Shown: positions 10,001 to 25,653 of the stretch, one piece after another
How the letters are laid out: the number at the start of each line of letters is the position of its first letter
Numbering within the stretch: the first letter of the stretch is position 1
Source of the DNA: Aquifex aeolicus VF5
Lineage (GTDB): Bacteria > Aquificota > Aquificia > Aquificales > Aquificaceae
Direction of reading: 5' to 3'
NCBI RefSeq assembly: GCF_000008625.1
Contig: NC_000918.1
Location: forward strand, 480,001-512,000
Length of the DNA: 32,000 bases
Position numbers and translations under genes: made by a program
The notes under the pieces: generated by a model
Told to the model about the DNA's origin: nothing
What the model saw: the letters and a program-made list of their open reading frames with translations, nothing else
Database searches by the model: none

Positions 10001-11269
10001 CAACTTGAAAAATACTCTTAACCTTATCGGCCTCAATATCCCACTTATCAGGTCAAATTTCCCGAGTTTCTTTAGCAAATTCCTGCAAGCGTTTACATCA
10101 GCATTCAAAAAACCCAAAAGTCTTGTCCTGAAAAGCCCTCTCTTTACCCTCGCTTCGGGAGTGTAGGTCTCTTTATTAACAGCTCCCTCTACGGAGCTGT
10201 CCACTCCCGAAGTGTAAGCTTCAGAAATATATTCAACTTCTATTCCATATTCTTTTGCCTTGTATTCCAAATACTCTTTTACCTTTCCGTGCGGTAACAA
10301 ACTCCATATTTGATCTGCTACACTACTCAGTTTACTTTCTTTATTCTTGTTCCTTGCCGCATCGCCTATGTATATTTTCCTAACTCCGTATTTAAGGGCA
10401 AGTTCCAATATCAGGTTGCTTATTGTATGGGCATAGTGTTTTAAAAGCCTCTTTACTTTGAGCCATAATCTTGAAATTCTCTCCTCCAGAAAGTGAGTTA
10501 AAAATCCTTTCTTTTTAGCTCCTTCAAGTCTGCTTTGAAGACTCGCTATTTTCTTTAAGTATTTCCTTAGCAAACTCTTTAATCCATTCCCGTCAATTAT
10601 GTAGGGTTGGGGTATGCCTTCTATTACTATTGCGAAAAAGTTTGATGAGTTCGGATCTAATACCATCACCTTGTCTTGCTTTAATAGTTTTTCTCCATTC
10701 TGAGGTTTTTCGTAGATTATGTGGAGTTCAAACTCCTTAGCGTTGGCTTTCGGAACAATTTGAATATTCTTTATCAACCTTTCGTCCAGCTCCAATCCCG
10801 TATCCAGCCAAAGGTATTTAAGCTCTATTCCATGTTTTTCTTTTAGCCATTGCCTTAAAGCCTTTGAAAGAGAAAGTCTTATTTTTGTTCCCACAACTTT
10901 AAAGCCTGTTTGGTCGTAGGTTATGGTTCTGTGTGGTTTGTTTTTAGGTCTAAATTTTGGCGGTTTAACTTCCTGTCCTTTAAACTTTTCTGGATTATGC
11001 AAAAACTCAAACCAGTTTTTAAAAGCTCTAACAAGTTCGTCCAAGACAATTTGAGCACAGCGACTTTGAAGGTTTTTAAGATGCAAAGAATTGTCCTTAA
11101 GCTTGTTATAGAGGTCGTAGGTGTTTACTTTTGCCTGTTTGGTTTTAATGGAGTAAAGAGCTTGATTAAAGAGCCTTCCTGAATGGTAGGTAAGGTAGCC
11201 TAAAACGATTTTGTATTCGTTAGGAAGGTCTGTAAAAGCTATAGTGATGCATCTTAGAGGTTTTGGCAT
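9875..11269 (-). CDS. tnpB: TnpB (OrfB_IS605) RNA-guided endonuclease-like protein, zinc-ribbon cysteines absent
   Basis: LYHS..FNQALY-type N-terminus; RuvC-I KVMVLDPNSSNFFAI; RuvC-II VRKIYIGDAARNKNK; RuvC-III RVKRGLFRTRLLGFLNADVNACRNLLKK; C-terminal GGVNLP...RHSKEGVNPPEAP tail. Confidence 0.88.
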   Translation of the reverse strand: MPKPLRCITIAFTDLPNEYKIVLGYLTYHSGRLFNQALYSIKTKQAKVNTYDLYNKLKDNSLHLKNLQSRCAQIVLDELVRAFKNWFEFLHNPEKFKGQEVKPPKFRPKNKPHRTITYDQTGFKVVGTKIRLSLSKALRQWLKEKHGIELKYLWLDTGLELDERLIKNIQIVPKANAKEFELHIIYEKPQNGEKLLKQDKVMVLDPNSSNFFAIVIEGIPQPYIIDGNGLKSLLRKYLKKIASLQSRLEGAKKKGFLTHFLEERISRLWLKVKRLLKHYAHTISNLILELALKYGVRKIYIGDAARNKNKESKLSSVADQIWSLLPHGKVKEYLEYKAKEYGIEVEYISEAYTSGVDSSVEGAVNKETYTPEARVKRGLFRTRLLGFLNADVNACRNLLKKLGKFDLISGILRPIRLRVFFKLRESSSAIPLYGGIGRSRGGVNLPVVVRHSKEGVNPPEAPHL

Positions 11270-11327
11270 TTGAGTGACCTCACAAGATTCATTTTAAAAA
11301 ACTGCTTACACAGGCGGCTTCTGTCCC

Positions 11328-11345
11328 CGTATCATAGATACGCGG
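11328..11345 (-). repeat. Left-side hairpin related to the right-end hairpin
   Basis: CGTATC-ATA-GATACG. This is the same core as the right-end CGCATC-ATA-GATGCG with one compensatory base-pair change. The adjacent CGCGG-TTTTAGC-CCGCG (11341..11357) can form an alternative stem. Confidence 0.6.
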
Positions 11346-11379
11346 TTTTAGCCCGCGGATTTACTATAAAATACAAGTA

Positions 11380-13454
11380 ATGGAAGAAGAAAAAGTAAAA
11401 GAGGGATTGTGGGAGTTAGCTTACAACCTGTGGTGGACGTGGAATCCGCCGGCTAAGGAATTATTCAGAAGCATTGACCCGCTTTTGTGGAAGGAAACTA
11501 AGGAAAACCCCATTGAGTTATTGAGGAAAACCAAACTCCTTGAAAACAAGCTCAAAGACGAAGATTTTATATCTCACTTCAAGTACGTTTATTCCCTTTA
11601 CAAAACCTACATGAACAGGCATTCGAAATACGAGGATACGTATAAGAAGCCTATAGTTTTCCTGTCTCCCGAGTACGGACTTCACCACACACTACTTATA
11701 TACGCGGGGGGACTGGGCTTTTTAGCAGGAGATATACTCAAGGAGAGCAGTGACTTGGGATTTCCGCTTATAGGTGTCGGGTTTATGTACCCTCAGGGCT
11801 ACGTAAAGCAGAGGATAAGGGTTGACGGATGGCAGGAAGACCTTGACGCACAAAATCAAAAGGAATTAATGCCCGTTAAAAAAGTTCTGGACAAAGAAGG
11901 AAAATGGCTCAAGTGCTACGTTTACGTAAGGGATGAAAAGGTTTACTTTGGAGTCTGGGAAGTTAACGTGGGAAAGACAAAGCTCTACCTTCTTGACACG
12001 AACGTAGAGGAAAATACTCCCTGGAACAGGGAAATATCCTCAAGACTCTACGTTCCGGACAAAGACCTGAGGTTAAGACAACAGATAGTTCTTGGTTTTG
12101 GCACCGTAATACTCCTTGAAAAGCTGGGCATTGATGCAGGAGGTTTTCACATAAACGAAGATTATCCCTCGTTCGTGTTCCTTGCAGAAATATTTAAACT
12201 TCTAAAAAAAGGTCTGACCTGGGATAAGGCGATAGAAGAAGTAAGAAAGATTTCTCTCTTTACCACGCACACACCACTACGGGTTGCCGTAAATACTTAT
12301 CCCTTCCACATGATAGAGGAACAGTTTCTATTCGTTAAGGATGTTTACGGAATAGACGTAAAGAAAGTTCTGGAACTCGGAACGAATCCTGAAGACCCTT
12401 CGGAGGGTTTTAACAGTACGATTATGTCCCTCAGACTCGCAAAGTACGTAAACGCAGTGAGTAAAAGACATCAAGAAGTTTCAAGCAAGATGTGGAGTTT
12501 TTTATTTAAAGAAAAGGAGAATCCAATAGATTACGTAACGAACGGTGTTCACTTTCCCACATGGATTTGTTCAGATTTGAGAAGACTGTACGAGGAGTAT
12601 TTGGGAGAGAACTTTGTGGAACTTCACGACCACAAGTCTCTGTGGGAATTAATAAGAGACATACCCGACGAAGAACTGTGGGAATATCACATAAGAAATA
12701 AAGAAAGACTTATTGAGCACATAAAAGACAGGGCAAGGGAAAGGTGGGTCAAGGAAAAAGCGGATCCTTCAATCCTTATGGCCGAAGGTCTGTTCCTTGA
12801 TTCTGACGTTCTTACGGTCGGTTTTGCGAGGAGGATGACCGGTTACAAAAGACCGGATCTTATATTCACGGATGTAGAACGCTTAAAAAAGATAGTGAAT
12901 GATTCGGAAAGACCTGTTCAGATAATATTCGCGGGAAAGGCTCATCCGGCTGATATCGAAGGGAAAAAGATAATCCAGAGAATATTTAACTTTGCGAAAG
13001 ATCCGGAATTTGGGGGAAGAATAGCTTTCGTTGAAGATTACGACGAACTCCTTGCCCATTACATGGTGAGGGGTGTGGACGTATGGTTGAACAACCCTCT
13101 TCCTCCCCTTGAAGCCTGCGGGACAAGCGGTATGAAAGCTTCTATGAACGGAGTGCTTCACCTTTCAATACTTGACGGTTGGTGGATTGAGGGTTATAAC
13201 GGAAAGAACGGTTGGGCTTTCGGAGATTACGAAGTTGAAGGAGACAGGAACAGAGCGGATGCGGAGGCCATTTACAACATCCTTGAGAATGAAGTAATCC
13301 CCCTTTATTACGAAAGGGACGAGAGGGGAGTGCCAGTTAAGTGGATAAGTATGATGAAGGAAGCTATAAAAAGCATTACCCCTAACTTTTGCTCCAGAAG
13401 GATGTTAAAAGATTACATAAATAAGTTCTATTCAAAAATTTTAAAGGAGGAGGG

Positions 13455-13458
<4 letters not shown>
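11380..13458 (+). CDS. glgP: Alpha-glucan (glycogen/maltodextrin) phosphorylase, GT35
   Basis: NLWWTWNPPAKELFRSIDP N-terminus, VFLSPEYGLH, HINEDYPSFVFLAE, RRMTGYKRPDLIF, FAGKAHPAD, DVWLNNPLPPLEACGTSGMKASMNGVLHLSILDGWWIEGYNGKNGWAFGD. Confidence 0.95.
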
Positions 13459-18742
<5,284 letters not shown>

Positions 18743-18768
<26 letters not shown>

Positions 18769-20635
18769 TTACGACGTTTACCTCTTTAAGGAGGGAACGC
18801 ACACGAGACTTTACGATAAACTTGGCTCCCACGTTATAGAACTAAACGGGAAAAGGTATACCTTCTTTGCGGTTTGGGCACCCCACGCGGATTACGTATC
18901 ACTTATAGGCGATTTTAACGAATGGGATAAAGGTTCTACTCCCATGGTAAAGAGGGAGGACGGCTCCGGAATATGGGAGGTTTTACTTGAAGGAGACCTG
19001 ACTGGTTCAAAGTACAAGTACTTTATAAAGAACGGGAATTACGAAGTTGATAAGTCCGATCCCTTCGCATTTTTCTGTGAGCAACCCCCCGGAAACGCTT
19101 CCGTAGTGTGGAAGCTCAATTACAGGTGGAACGACTCCGAATACATGAAAAAGAGGAAAAGAGTAAACTCACACGACTCGCCTATATCCATATACGAAGT
19201 TCACGTGGGTTCTTGGAGGAGAGTTCCAGAAGAGGGAAACAGATTTTTGAGCTATAGGGAACTTGCCGAATACCTCCCATACTACGTAAAAGAGATGGGA
19301 TTTACTCACGTTGAGTTCTTACCCGTTATGGAACATCCCTTTTACGGCTCTTGGGGCTACCAGATAACGGGCTACTTCGCTCCGACTTCCAGATACGGAA
19401 CTCCTCAGGACTTTATGTACTTAATAGACAAACTTCATCAAGAAGGGATAGGTGTGATACTAGACTGGGTTCCCTCTCACTTTCCCACCGATGCCCACGG
19501 GCTCGCATACTTTGACGGGACTCACCTTTACGAGTACGAGGACTGGAGAAAGAGGTGGCATCCCGACTGGAACAGCTTTGTTTTTGATTACGGAAAACCG
19601 GAAGTTCGCTCCTTTCTCCTGAGTTCTGCCCACTTCTGGCTCGACAAGTACCACGCAGACGGTCTCAGAGTGGATGCAGTTGCTTCAATGCTTTACCTAG
19701 ATTACTCTAGGAAAGAATGGGTTCCAAACATATACGGAGGGAAAGAAAACCTCGAGGCTATAGAATTCCTCAGGAAGTTTAACGAAAGCGTTTACAGAAA
19801 TTTTCCAGACGTCCAGACAATAGCGGAGGAATCAACAGCCTGGCCTATGGTGTCCAGACCTACATACGTGGGGGGACTGGGATTTGGAATGAAGTGGAAT
19901 ATGGGTTGGATGAACGACACACTCTTTTACTTTTCAAAGGATCCCATCTACAGGAAGTACCACCATGAAGTCCTCACTTTCAGTATATGGTACGCTTTTT
20001 CCGAGAACTTCGTCCTTCCACTATCCCACGATGAAGTTGTTCACGGAAAGGGTTCTCTGATAGGGAAGATGCCAGGAGATTACTGGCAGAAGTTTGCAAA
20101 CCTTAGAGCCCTTTTCGGATACATGTGGGCACACCCAGGGAAAAAACTCCTCTTTATGGGGGGAGAGTTCGGACAGTTTAAGGAATGGGATCACGAAACG
20201 AGTCTCGACTGGCACCTCTTGGAATACCCTTCTCACAGAGGTATTCAGAGATTAGTTAAGGACTTAAACGAAGTTTACAGGAGGGAAAAGGCTTTGCACG
20301 AAACGGATTTTTCACCTGAGGGCTTTGAGTGGGTAGACTTCCACGACTGGGAAAAGAGCGTTATATCCTTCTTGAGAAAGGACAAAAGCGGTAAGGAAAT
20401 TATACTCGTAGTTTGCAACTTCACACCCGTTCCGAGATACGATTACAGGGTAGGTGTACCGAAAGGCGGATACTGGAGGGAGATAATGAATACCGATGCA
20501 AAGGAGTACTGGGGCTCCGGAATGGGAAATCTGGGTGGAAAAGAGGCTGATAAAATCCCGTGGCACGGAAGAAAATTCTCACTTTCACTTACCCTGCCTC
20601 CCCTTTCCGTGATCTATTTAAAGCACGAAGGATGA
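18743..20635 (+). CDS. glgB: 1,4-alpha-glucan branching enzyme, GH13
   Basis: [88 protein letters not shown]. Overlaps glgA by 26 nt. Confidence 0.96.
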
Positions 20636-22089
20636 GATTGGCAGGTATTTTACTTCACGTAACTTCACTTCCCTCTCCTTACGGGATAGGGGATCTCGGA
20701 AAAGAAGCCTACAGGTTTCTGGACTTCTTAAAGGAGTGCGGTTTTAGCCTTTGGCAGGTTCTACCTCTGAACCCCACTTCACTTGAGGCGGGAAACTCAC
20801 CCTACAGTTCAAACTCCCTCTTCGCGGGCAATTACGTACTAATAGACCCTGAAGAATTATTGGAGGAGGACTTAATAAAAGAAAGGGACTTAAAAAGATT
20901 TCCCTTGGGTGAAGCCCTTTACGAAGTCGTGTACGAGTATAAAAAAGAGTTGCTCGAAAAAGCCTTTAAAAATTTCAGGAGATTTGAACTGCTTGAAGAT
21001 TTTCTGAAGGAACACTCTTACTGGCTCAGAGATTACGCACTTTACATGGCTATAAAAGAAGAAGAGGGAAAGGAGTGGTATGAATGGGATGAAGAATTGA
21101 AGAGGAGAGAAAAAGAGGCTTTAAAAAGGGTGTTAAATAAGTTAAAGGGGAGGTTTTACTTCCACGTATTCGTCCAGTTTGTTTTCTTCAAGCAGTGGGA
21201 AAAACTGAGAAGATACGCAAGGGAAAGGGGGATAAGCATAGTTGGAGATCTTCCAATGTACCCCTCGTACTCAAGTGCGGACGTGTGGACAAATCCTGAA
21301 CTTTTTAAACTGGACGGAGATTTAAAACCCCTTTTTGTAGCGGGTGTTCCTCCTGATTTTTTCAGTAAAACGGGACAGCTGTGGGGAAATCCCGTTTACA
21401 ACTGGGAAGAACACGAAAAGGAAGGCTTCAGATGGTGGATAAGGAGAGTTCATCACAACTTAAAACTCTTTGACTTTTTAAGACTTGACCACTTCAGGGG
21501 ATTTGAGGCGTACTGGGAGGTTCCTTACGGTGAAGAAACTGCGGTAAACGGAAGGTGGGTAAAGGCTCCCGGAAAGACACTATTTAAAAAACTCTTATCA
21601 TACTTCCCGAAGAACCCATTCATAGCGGAGGACTTAGGTTTTATAACGGACGAAGTGAGGTACTTGAGGGAAACTTTTAAAATCCCGGGAAGCAGAGTTA
21701 TTGAGTTTGCCTTCTACGATAAGGAAAGTGAGCACCTTCCCCACAACGTTGAAGAGAACAACGTTTACTACACTTCAACTCATGACCTTCCTCCGATAAG
21801 AGGATGGTTTGAGAATTTAGGAGAAGAATCAAGAAAACGATTATTTGAATACTTGGGAAGGGAGATTAAAGAGGAAAAAGTTAACGAGGAGCTTATAAGA
21901 CTCGTTTTAATCTCAAGGGCGAAGTTCGCAATAATCCAGATGCAGGACTTACTCAATCTCGGCAATGAAGCGAGGATGAATTACCCCGGAAGACCTTTCG
22001 GAAATTGGAGGTGGAGAATAAAGGAAGATTACACACAAAAGAAGGAATTTATTAAAAAACTCCTCGGAATTTACGGAAGAGAAGTTTAA
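20632..22089 (+). CDS. malQ: 4-alpha-glucanotransferase (amylomaltase), GH77
   Basis: [89 protein letters not shown]. The probable start, ATG 20632, overlaps the glgB stop (ATGA). Confidence 0.95.
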   Translation: MRLAGILLHVTSLPSPYGIGDLGKEAYRFLDFLKECGFSLWQVLPLNPTSLEAGNSPYSSNSLFAGNYVLIDPEELLEEDLIKERDLKRFPLGEALYEVVYEYKKELLEKAFKNFRRFELLEDFLKEHSYWLRDYALYMAIKEEEGKEWYEWDEELKRREKEALKRVLNKLKGRFYFHVFVQFVFFKQWEKLRRYARERGISIVGDLPMYPSYSSADVWTNPELFKLDGDLKPLFVAGVPPDFFSKTGQLWGNPVYNWEEHEKEGFRWWIRRVHHNLKLFDFLRLDHFRGFEAYWEVPYGEETAVNGRWVKAPGKTLFKKLLSYFPKNPFIAEDLGFITDEVRYLRETFKIPGSRVIEFAFYDKESEHLPHNVEENNVYYTSTHDLPPIRGWFENLGEESRKRLFEYLGREIKEEKVNEELIRLVLISRAKFAIIQMQDLLNLGNEARMNYPGRPFGNWRWRIKEDYTQKKEFIKKLLGIYGREV

Positions 22090-22100
22090 AATAACTCTAA

Positions 22101-24608
22101 ATGCTGAAAGCACATTCTCTTTCCCCTGAAGAGATATTAAGGATTTTAAAGACGGACAGGAGGGGGCTCTCTGAAGAGGAGGCTAAAAAGAGGCTAAAAA
22201 TATACGGAAAGAACGAGATAGAGGAAGAAGAGGAAAGTTTAATTAAGGTCTTCTTTAGGCAATTTAACAATCCCTTTGTTTACATCCTGTTTGTTGCAAG
22301 CGGTATTTCCGCTTACATAGGAAAAAAAGAAGATTCCCTGATAATTCTTGCTATTATATTCGTGAACTCCCTTCTCGGTTTCTTTCAGGAGTTCAGGGCC
22401 ATAACATCTTTAAAGGCTTTAAAGAAATTAACGGAAGTAAAAACAAAAGTTTACAGAGACGGCAAATTAAAAGTAATACCCGCTTCCGAACTCGTTCCCG
22501 GTGACGTTGTCTACATTCAGGAGGGAGACGTAGTTCCTGCGGATATAAGACTTATTGAAAGTGTAGGCCTTATGGTTGATGAATCGGTTTTAACTGGTGA
22601 ATCCGTGCCGGTTGAGAAAAACGCGGACGTTGTTTTGCCTGAAGATACTCCCGTTTACAATAGGTCGAACGTAGTATTTAAAGGCACGCACGTTGTAAAG
22701 GGATGGGCAGTCGGAGTAGTTTACGCAACGGGAAGACAAACGGAGTTTGGAAAGATAAGTGAAAAGGCAAAGGAAAAGTCCCCGGAAACACCATTAATGA
22801 GGGCTTTGAAAAAGTTTTCCCTTGCATGGATGGTAATCATCTTTTTCTTACTCTCAATCCTTTTCCTTATAGGTATTTATCAGGGAAGAGACATTTACGA
22901 GGTTTTACTCCTCATAGTTTCCGAGTTGGTATCTGCAGTTCCAGAGGGCTTGCCTCTCGTAATAACGTTCACTTTAGTAATTGGTGCGATTGCCCTTTCA
23001 CGGAGAAAGGTTCTCATAAGGTACCTTCCCGCTACGGAGACGCTTGGGAGTACAACTTTTATATGTTCTGACAAGACGGGAACCATAACAGAAGGGAAAC
23101 TAAAAGTCCAGGAATTCTTCGCCCTGAACGAGAAGTTTTTAAACCTCATTTCTGCACTCTGCAACTCGTCGGACGGCGAGAGTGGGGATCCGGTTGATCT
23201 TGCTCTTCTCAGATGGCTTGAAGAAAACGACATAGACTGGAAGAAACTGAGGGAAGAATACAGAACGGTTAAAGTTTTCCCCTTTGATACAAAAAAGAGG
23301 TATATGGCTGTAATTGTTGAAAAGGAGGGCAAGTATTACCTGCTCGTGAAGGGTGCCTTTGAAACTTTATCAAATTTTTCCGAAGGTATTTCCGAAGAAT
23401 TAATAAAAGTTCACGACGTTCTTGCGGAAAACGGCCTGAGAGTCCTCTTCTTCGCTTACGCCGAAATTCCAGAGCCTGTTGAAGATATAGAAAGCTTAAA
23501 ACTGAAACCCGCTGGTTTTGTCGGATTTCTTGATCCTCCAAAAGAGGGTGTAAAGGAAGCAGTTGTGAACGCAAGAAGGGCGGGAATAAGGGTTATCATG
23601 ATAACGGGCGATAACTTAAAAACCGCAGTAGCAGTAGCGAAGCAAACCGAAATATACAGGGAAGGTGACTTAGCCGTTGAGGGAAAAGATCTTTCTAAAT
23701 ATTCAGATGCGGAACTTTACAATTTGTTGAAGAGGGTTTCTGTCATTGCAAGGGCACTTCCCGAAGATAAGTACAGGGTTGTAAAAGTCCTTCAGGAAAA
23801 AGGGGAAATAGTCGCGGTTACGGGAGACGGTGTGAACGACGTTCCAGCCCTTAAGGTTGCCGACATAGGCGTAGCTATGGGTTCTGGAACTGAAGCGGCA
23901 AAGAGTGTAGCTAAGATGGTAATAACTGATAACAACCTAAAAGTTATAGTGGAGGCCGTTAGGTGGGGGAGGATAATAGTCAGGAATATAAAGAGGGCGA
24001 TTACTTACCTCCTCACCACAAGCTTTGGTGAAATAACCTTACTTTCTTCCGCAATACTGATGAAATTACCTCTGCCGCTTTATCCCACTCAGATACTCTG
24101 GATAAACATAGTTACCGACGGAGTTCAGGATAAAACTTTCCCCTTCAACAAAGAGGAAATAGACGTTATGAAGGAAAAACCTCAGAAGCCTGAGAAGGTA
24201 TTCCTGGACAAAAGGCTTTTTTTAAGATTTTTAACCGGAGGTTTATTCATAGGATTTATAAACTTAATTCTCTTCAAACACCTCCTAAGCGTTTATTCAT
24301 ATGAGGTTGCAGTAACTATAACCTTTACCTCAATGGTTGTCAATCAATGGGCTGTAGGAATTCAGACTGTAAGGGATTACCCCTTCTTTTACAAGCCTTG
24401 GAGGAATTTCCAGATGAACCCATACATATTTATAGGCATATTTATAGGATTGATCCTTCAGCTTTTGGCAATATACGTTTTCCCTAACTACTTTCACGCA
24501 GTTCCCCTCTCATTAGAACACTGGTTTTACGTAATCTTAACAACATTATCAGTTTTCATCTTCATAGAAATAAGGAAATTAGTTTTTACAATTTTCAGTG
24601 AGAGGTAA
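22101..24608 (+). CDS. P-type cation-transporting ATPase (P2/Ca2+-type-like)
   Basis: TGESVPVEK, VPEGLPLVITFTLVIGAIALS, FICSDKTGTITEGKLK (phosphorylated Asp), MITGDNLKTAVAVA, VTGDGVNDVPALKVADIGVAMGSGTEAAK, ILWINIVTDGVQDK. Confidence 0.93.
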   Translation: MLKAHSLSPEEILRILKTDRRGLSEEEAKKRLKIYGKNEIEEEEESLIKVFFRQFNNPFVYILFVASGISAYIGKKEDSLIILAIIFVNSLLGFFQEFRAITSLKALKKLTEVKTKVYRDGKLKVIPASELVPGDVVYIQEGDVVPADIRLIESVGLMVDESVLTGESVPVEKNADVVLPEDTPVYNRSNVVFKGTHVVKGWAVGVVYATGRQTEFGKISEKAKEKSPETPLMRALKKFSLAWMVIIFFLLSILFLIGIYQGRDIYEVLLLIVSELVSAVPEGLPLVITFTLVIGAIALSRRKVLIRYLPATETLGSTTFICSDKTGTITEGKLKVQEFFALNEKFLNLISALCNSSDGESGDPVDLALLRWLEENDIDWKKLREEYRTVKVFPFDTKKRYMAVIVEKEGKYYLLVKGAFETLSNFSEGISEELIKVHDVLAENGLRVLFFAYAEIPEPVEDIESLKLKPAGFVGFLDPPKEGVKEAVVNARRAGIRVIMITGDNLKTAVAVAKQTEIYREGDLAVEGKDLSKYSDAELYNLLKRVSVIARALPEDKYRVVKVLQEKGEIVAVTGDGVNDVPALKVADIGVAMGSGTEAAKSVAKMVITDNNLKVIVEAVRWGRIIVRNIKRAITYLLTTSFGEITLLSSAILMKLPLPLYPTQILWINIVTDGVQDKTFPFNKEEIDVMKEKPQKPEKVFLDKRLFLRFLTGGLFIGFINLILFKHLLSVYSYEVAVTITFTSMVVNQWAVGIQTVRDYPFFYKPWRNFQMNPYIFIGIFIGLILQLLAIYVFPNYFHAVPLSLEHWFYVILTTLSVFIFIEIRKLVFTIFSER

Positions 24609-24613
24609 TCATT

Positions 24614-25618
24614 ATGAACGTATTATTTACAAGTGTTCCACAGGAAGATGTACCCTTCTACCAAGAGGCTTTAAAGGACCTATCACTAAAAATTTACACA
24701 ACAGACGTTTCAAAAGTACCCGAAAATGAATTAAAAAAAGCGGAACTAATTTCAGTCTTTGTTTACGATAAGCTTACGGAAGAATTACTTTCCAAGATGC
24801 CTAGGTTAAAGCTTATCCACACACGTTCCGTAGGTTTCGACCATATAGACTTAGATTACTGCAAGAAGAAAGGCATTCTGGTTACTCACATACCTGCTTA
24901 TTCTCCCGAATCTGTAGCTGAACACACCTTTGCCATGATCCTTACTCTGGTAAAGAGGCTAAAGAGGATAGAGGATAGAGTAAAAAAACTGAACTTTTCG
25001 CAGGATAGCGAAATTCTGGCACGGGAGTTAAATAGGCTCACGCTTGGAGTTATCGGAACCGGAAGGATAGGAAGTAGAGTTGCTATGTACGGTTTAGCGT
25101 TTGGAATGAAGGTTCTGTGTTACGATGTCGTTAAGAGGGAGGACTTAAAAGAAAAAGGATGTGTTTACACCTCCCTGGATGAATTACTGAAGGAAAGCGA
25201 TGTTATTTCCCTTCACGTTCCGTATACGAAAGAAACCCATCACATGATAAACGAAGAAAGGATTAGTTTAATGAAGGACGGTGTTTATTTGATAAACACC
25301 GCGAGGGGAAAAGTTGTAGATACTGATGCACTTTACAGAGCCTACCAGAGGGGTAAGTTTTCAGGCTTGGGACTGGACGTATTTGAGGACGAGGAAATCT
25401 TAATCCTGAAGAAGTACACGGAAGGTAAGGCTACTGATAAAAACCTGAAAATACTCGAACTTGCCTGTAAAGATAACGTGATAATTACTCCCCATATAGC
25501 CTATTACACGGACAAATCCTTAGAGAGGATCAGGGAAGAAACAGTAAAAGTTGTTAAAGCGTTCGTGAAAGGAGATCTGGAACAAATAAAGGGGAACTTT
25601 GTTGTAGGTCCTTCCTGA
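24614..25618 (+). CDS. ldhA: D-lactate / D-isomer-specific 2-hydroxyacid dehydrogenase
   Basis: RSVGFDHIDLDYCKKKGILVTHIPAYSPESVAEHTFAMIL, LGVIGTGRIGSRVAMYG, VYLINTARGKVVDTDAL, GLGLDVFEDE, VIITPHIAYYT. Confidence 0.9.
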   Translation: MNVLFTSVPQEDVPFYQEALKDLSLKIYTTDVSKVPENELKKAELISVFVYDKLTEELLSKMPRLKLIHTRSVGFDHIDLDYCKKKGILVTHIPAYSPESVAEHTFAMILTLVKRLKRIEDRVKKLNFSQDSEILARELNRLTLGVIGTGRIGSRVAMYGLAFGMKVLCYDVVKREDLKEKGCVYTSLDELLKESDVISLHVPYTKETHHMINEERISLMKDGVYLINTARGKVVDTDALYRAYQRGKFSGLGLDVFEDEEILILKKYTEGKATDKNLKILELACKDNVIITPHIAYYTDKSLERIREETVKVVKAFVKGDLEQIKGNFVVGPS

Positions 25619-25653
25619 AGCAAATATCTATAAAAGTATTTATATTTATCGGA

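Larger units (their letters stand above)
9860..11358 (-). mobile_element. Orphan IS200/IS605-family (IS1341-type) tnpB element, no tnpA; ends inferred from subterminal hairpins
   Basis: TnpB ORF bounded by a right-end hairpin plus GTTCAC (minus strand, 9860..9865) and a left-side related hairpin (11328..11342, plus 11341..11357). No HUH-type TnpA ORF is present in the window. The left boundary is approximate. Confidence 0.7.

Noticed and set aside
9912-10166. 84-aa plus-strand ORF antisense to the tnpB 3' end
   Set aside because: Opposite the RuvC-III and omega-RNA region of tnpB; no start-site context or motif supports a real gene.
22895-23332. 145-aa minus-strand ORF within the P-type ATPase gene
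   Set aside because: Antisense to conserved ATPase motifs (PEGLP, DKTGT); no recognisable features.
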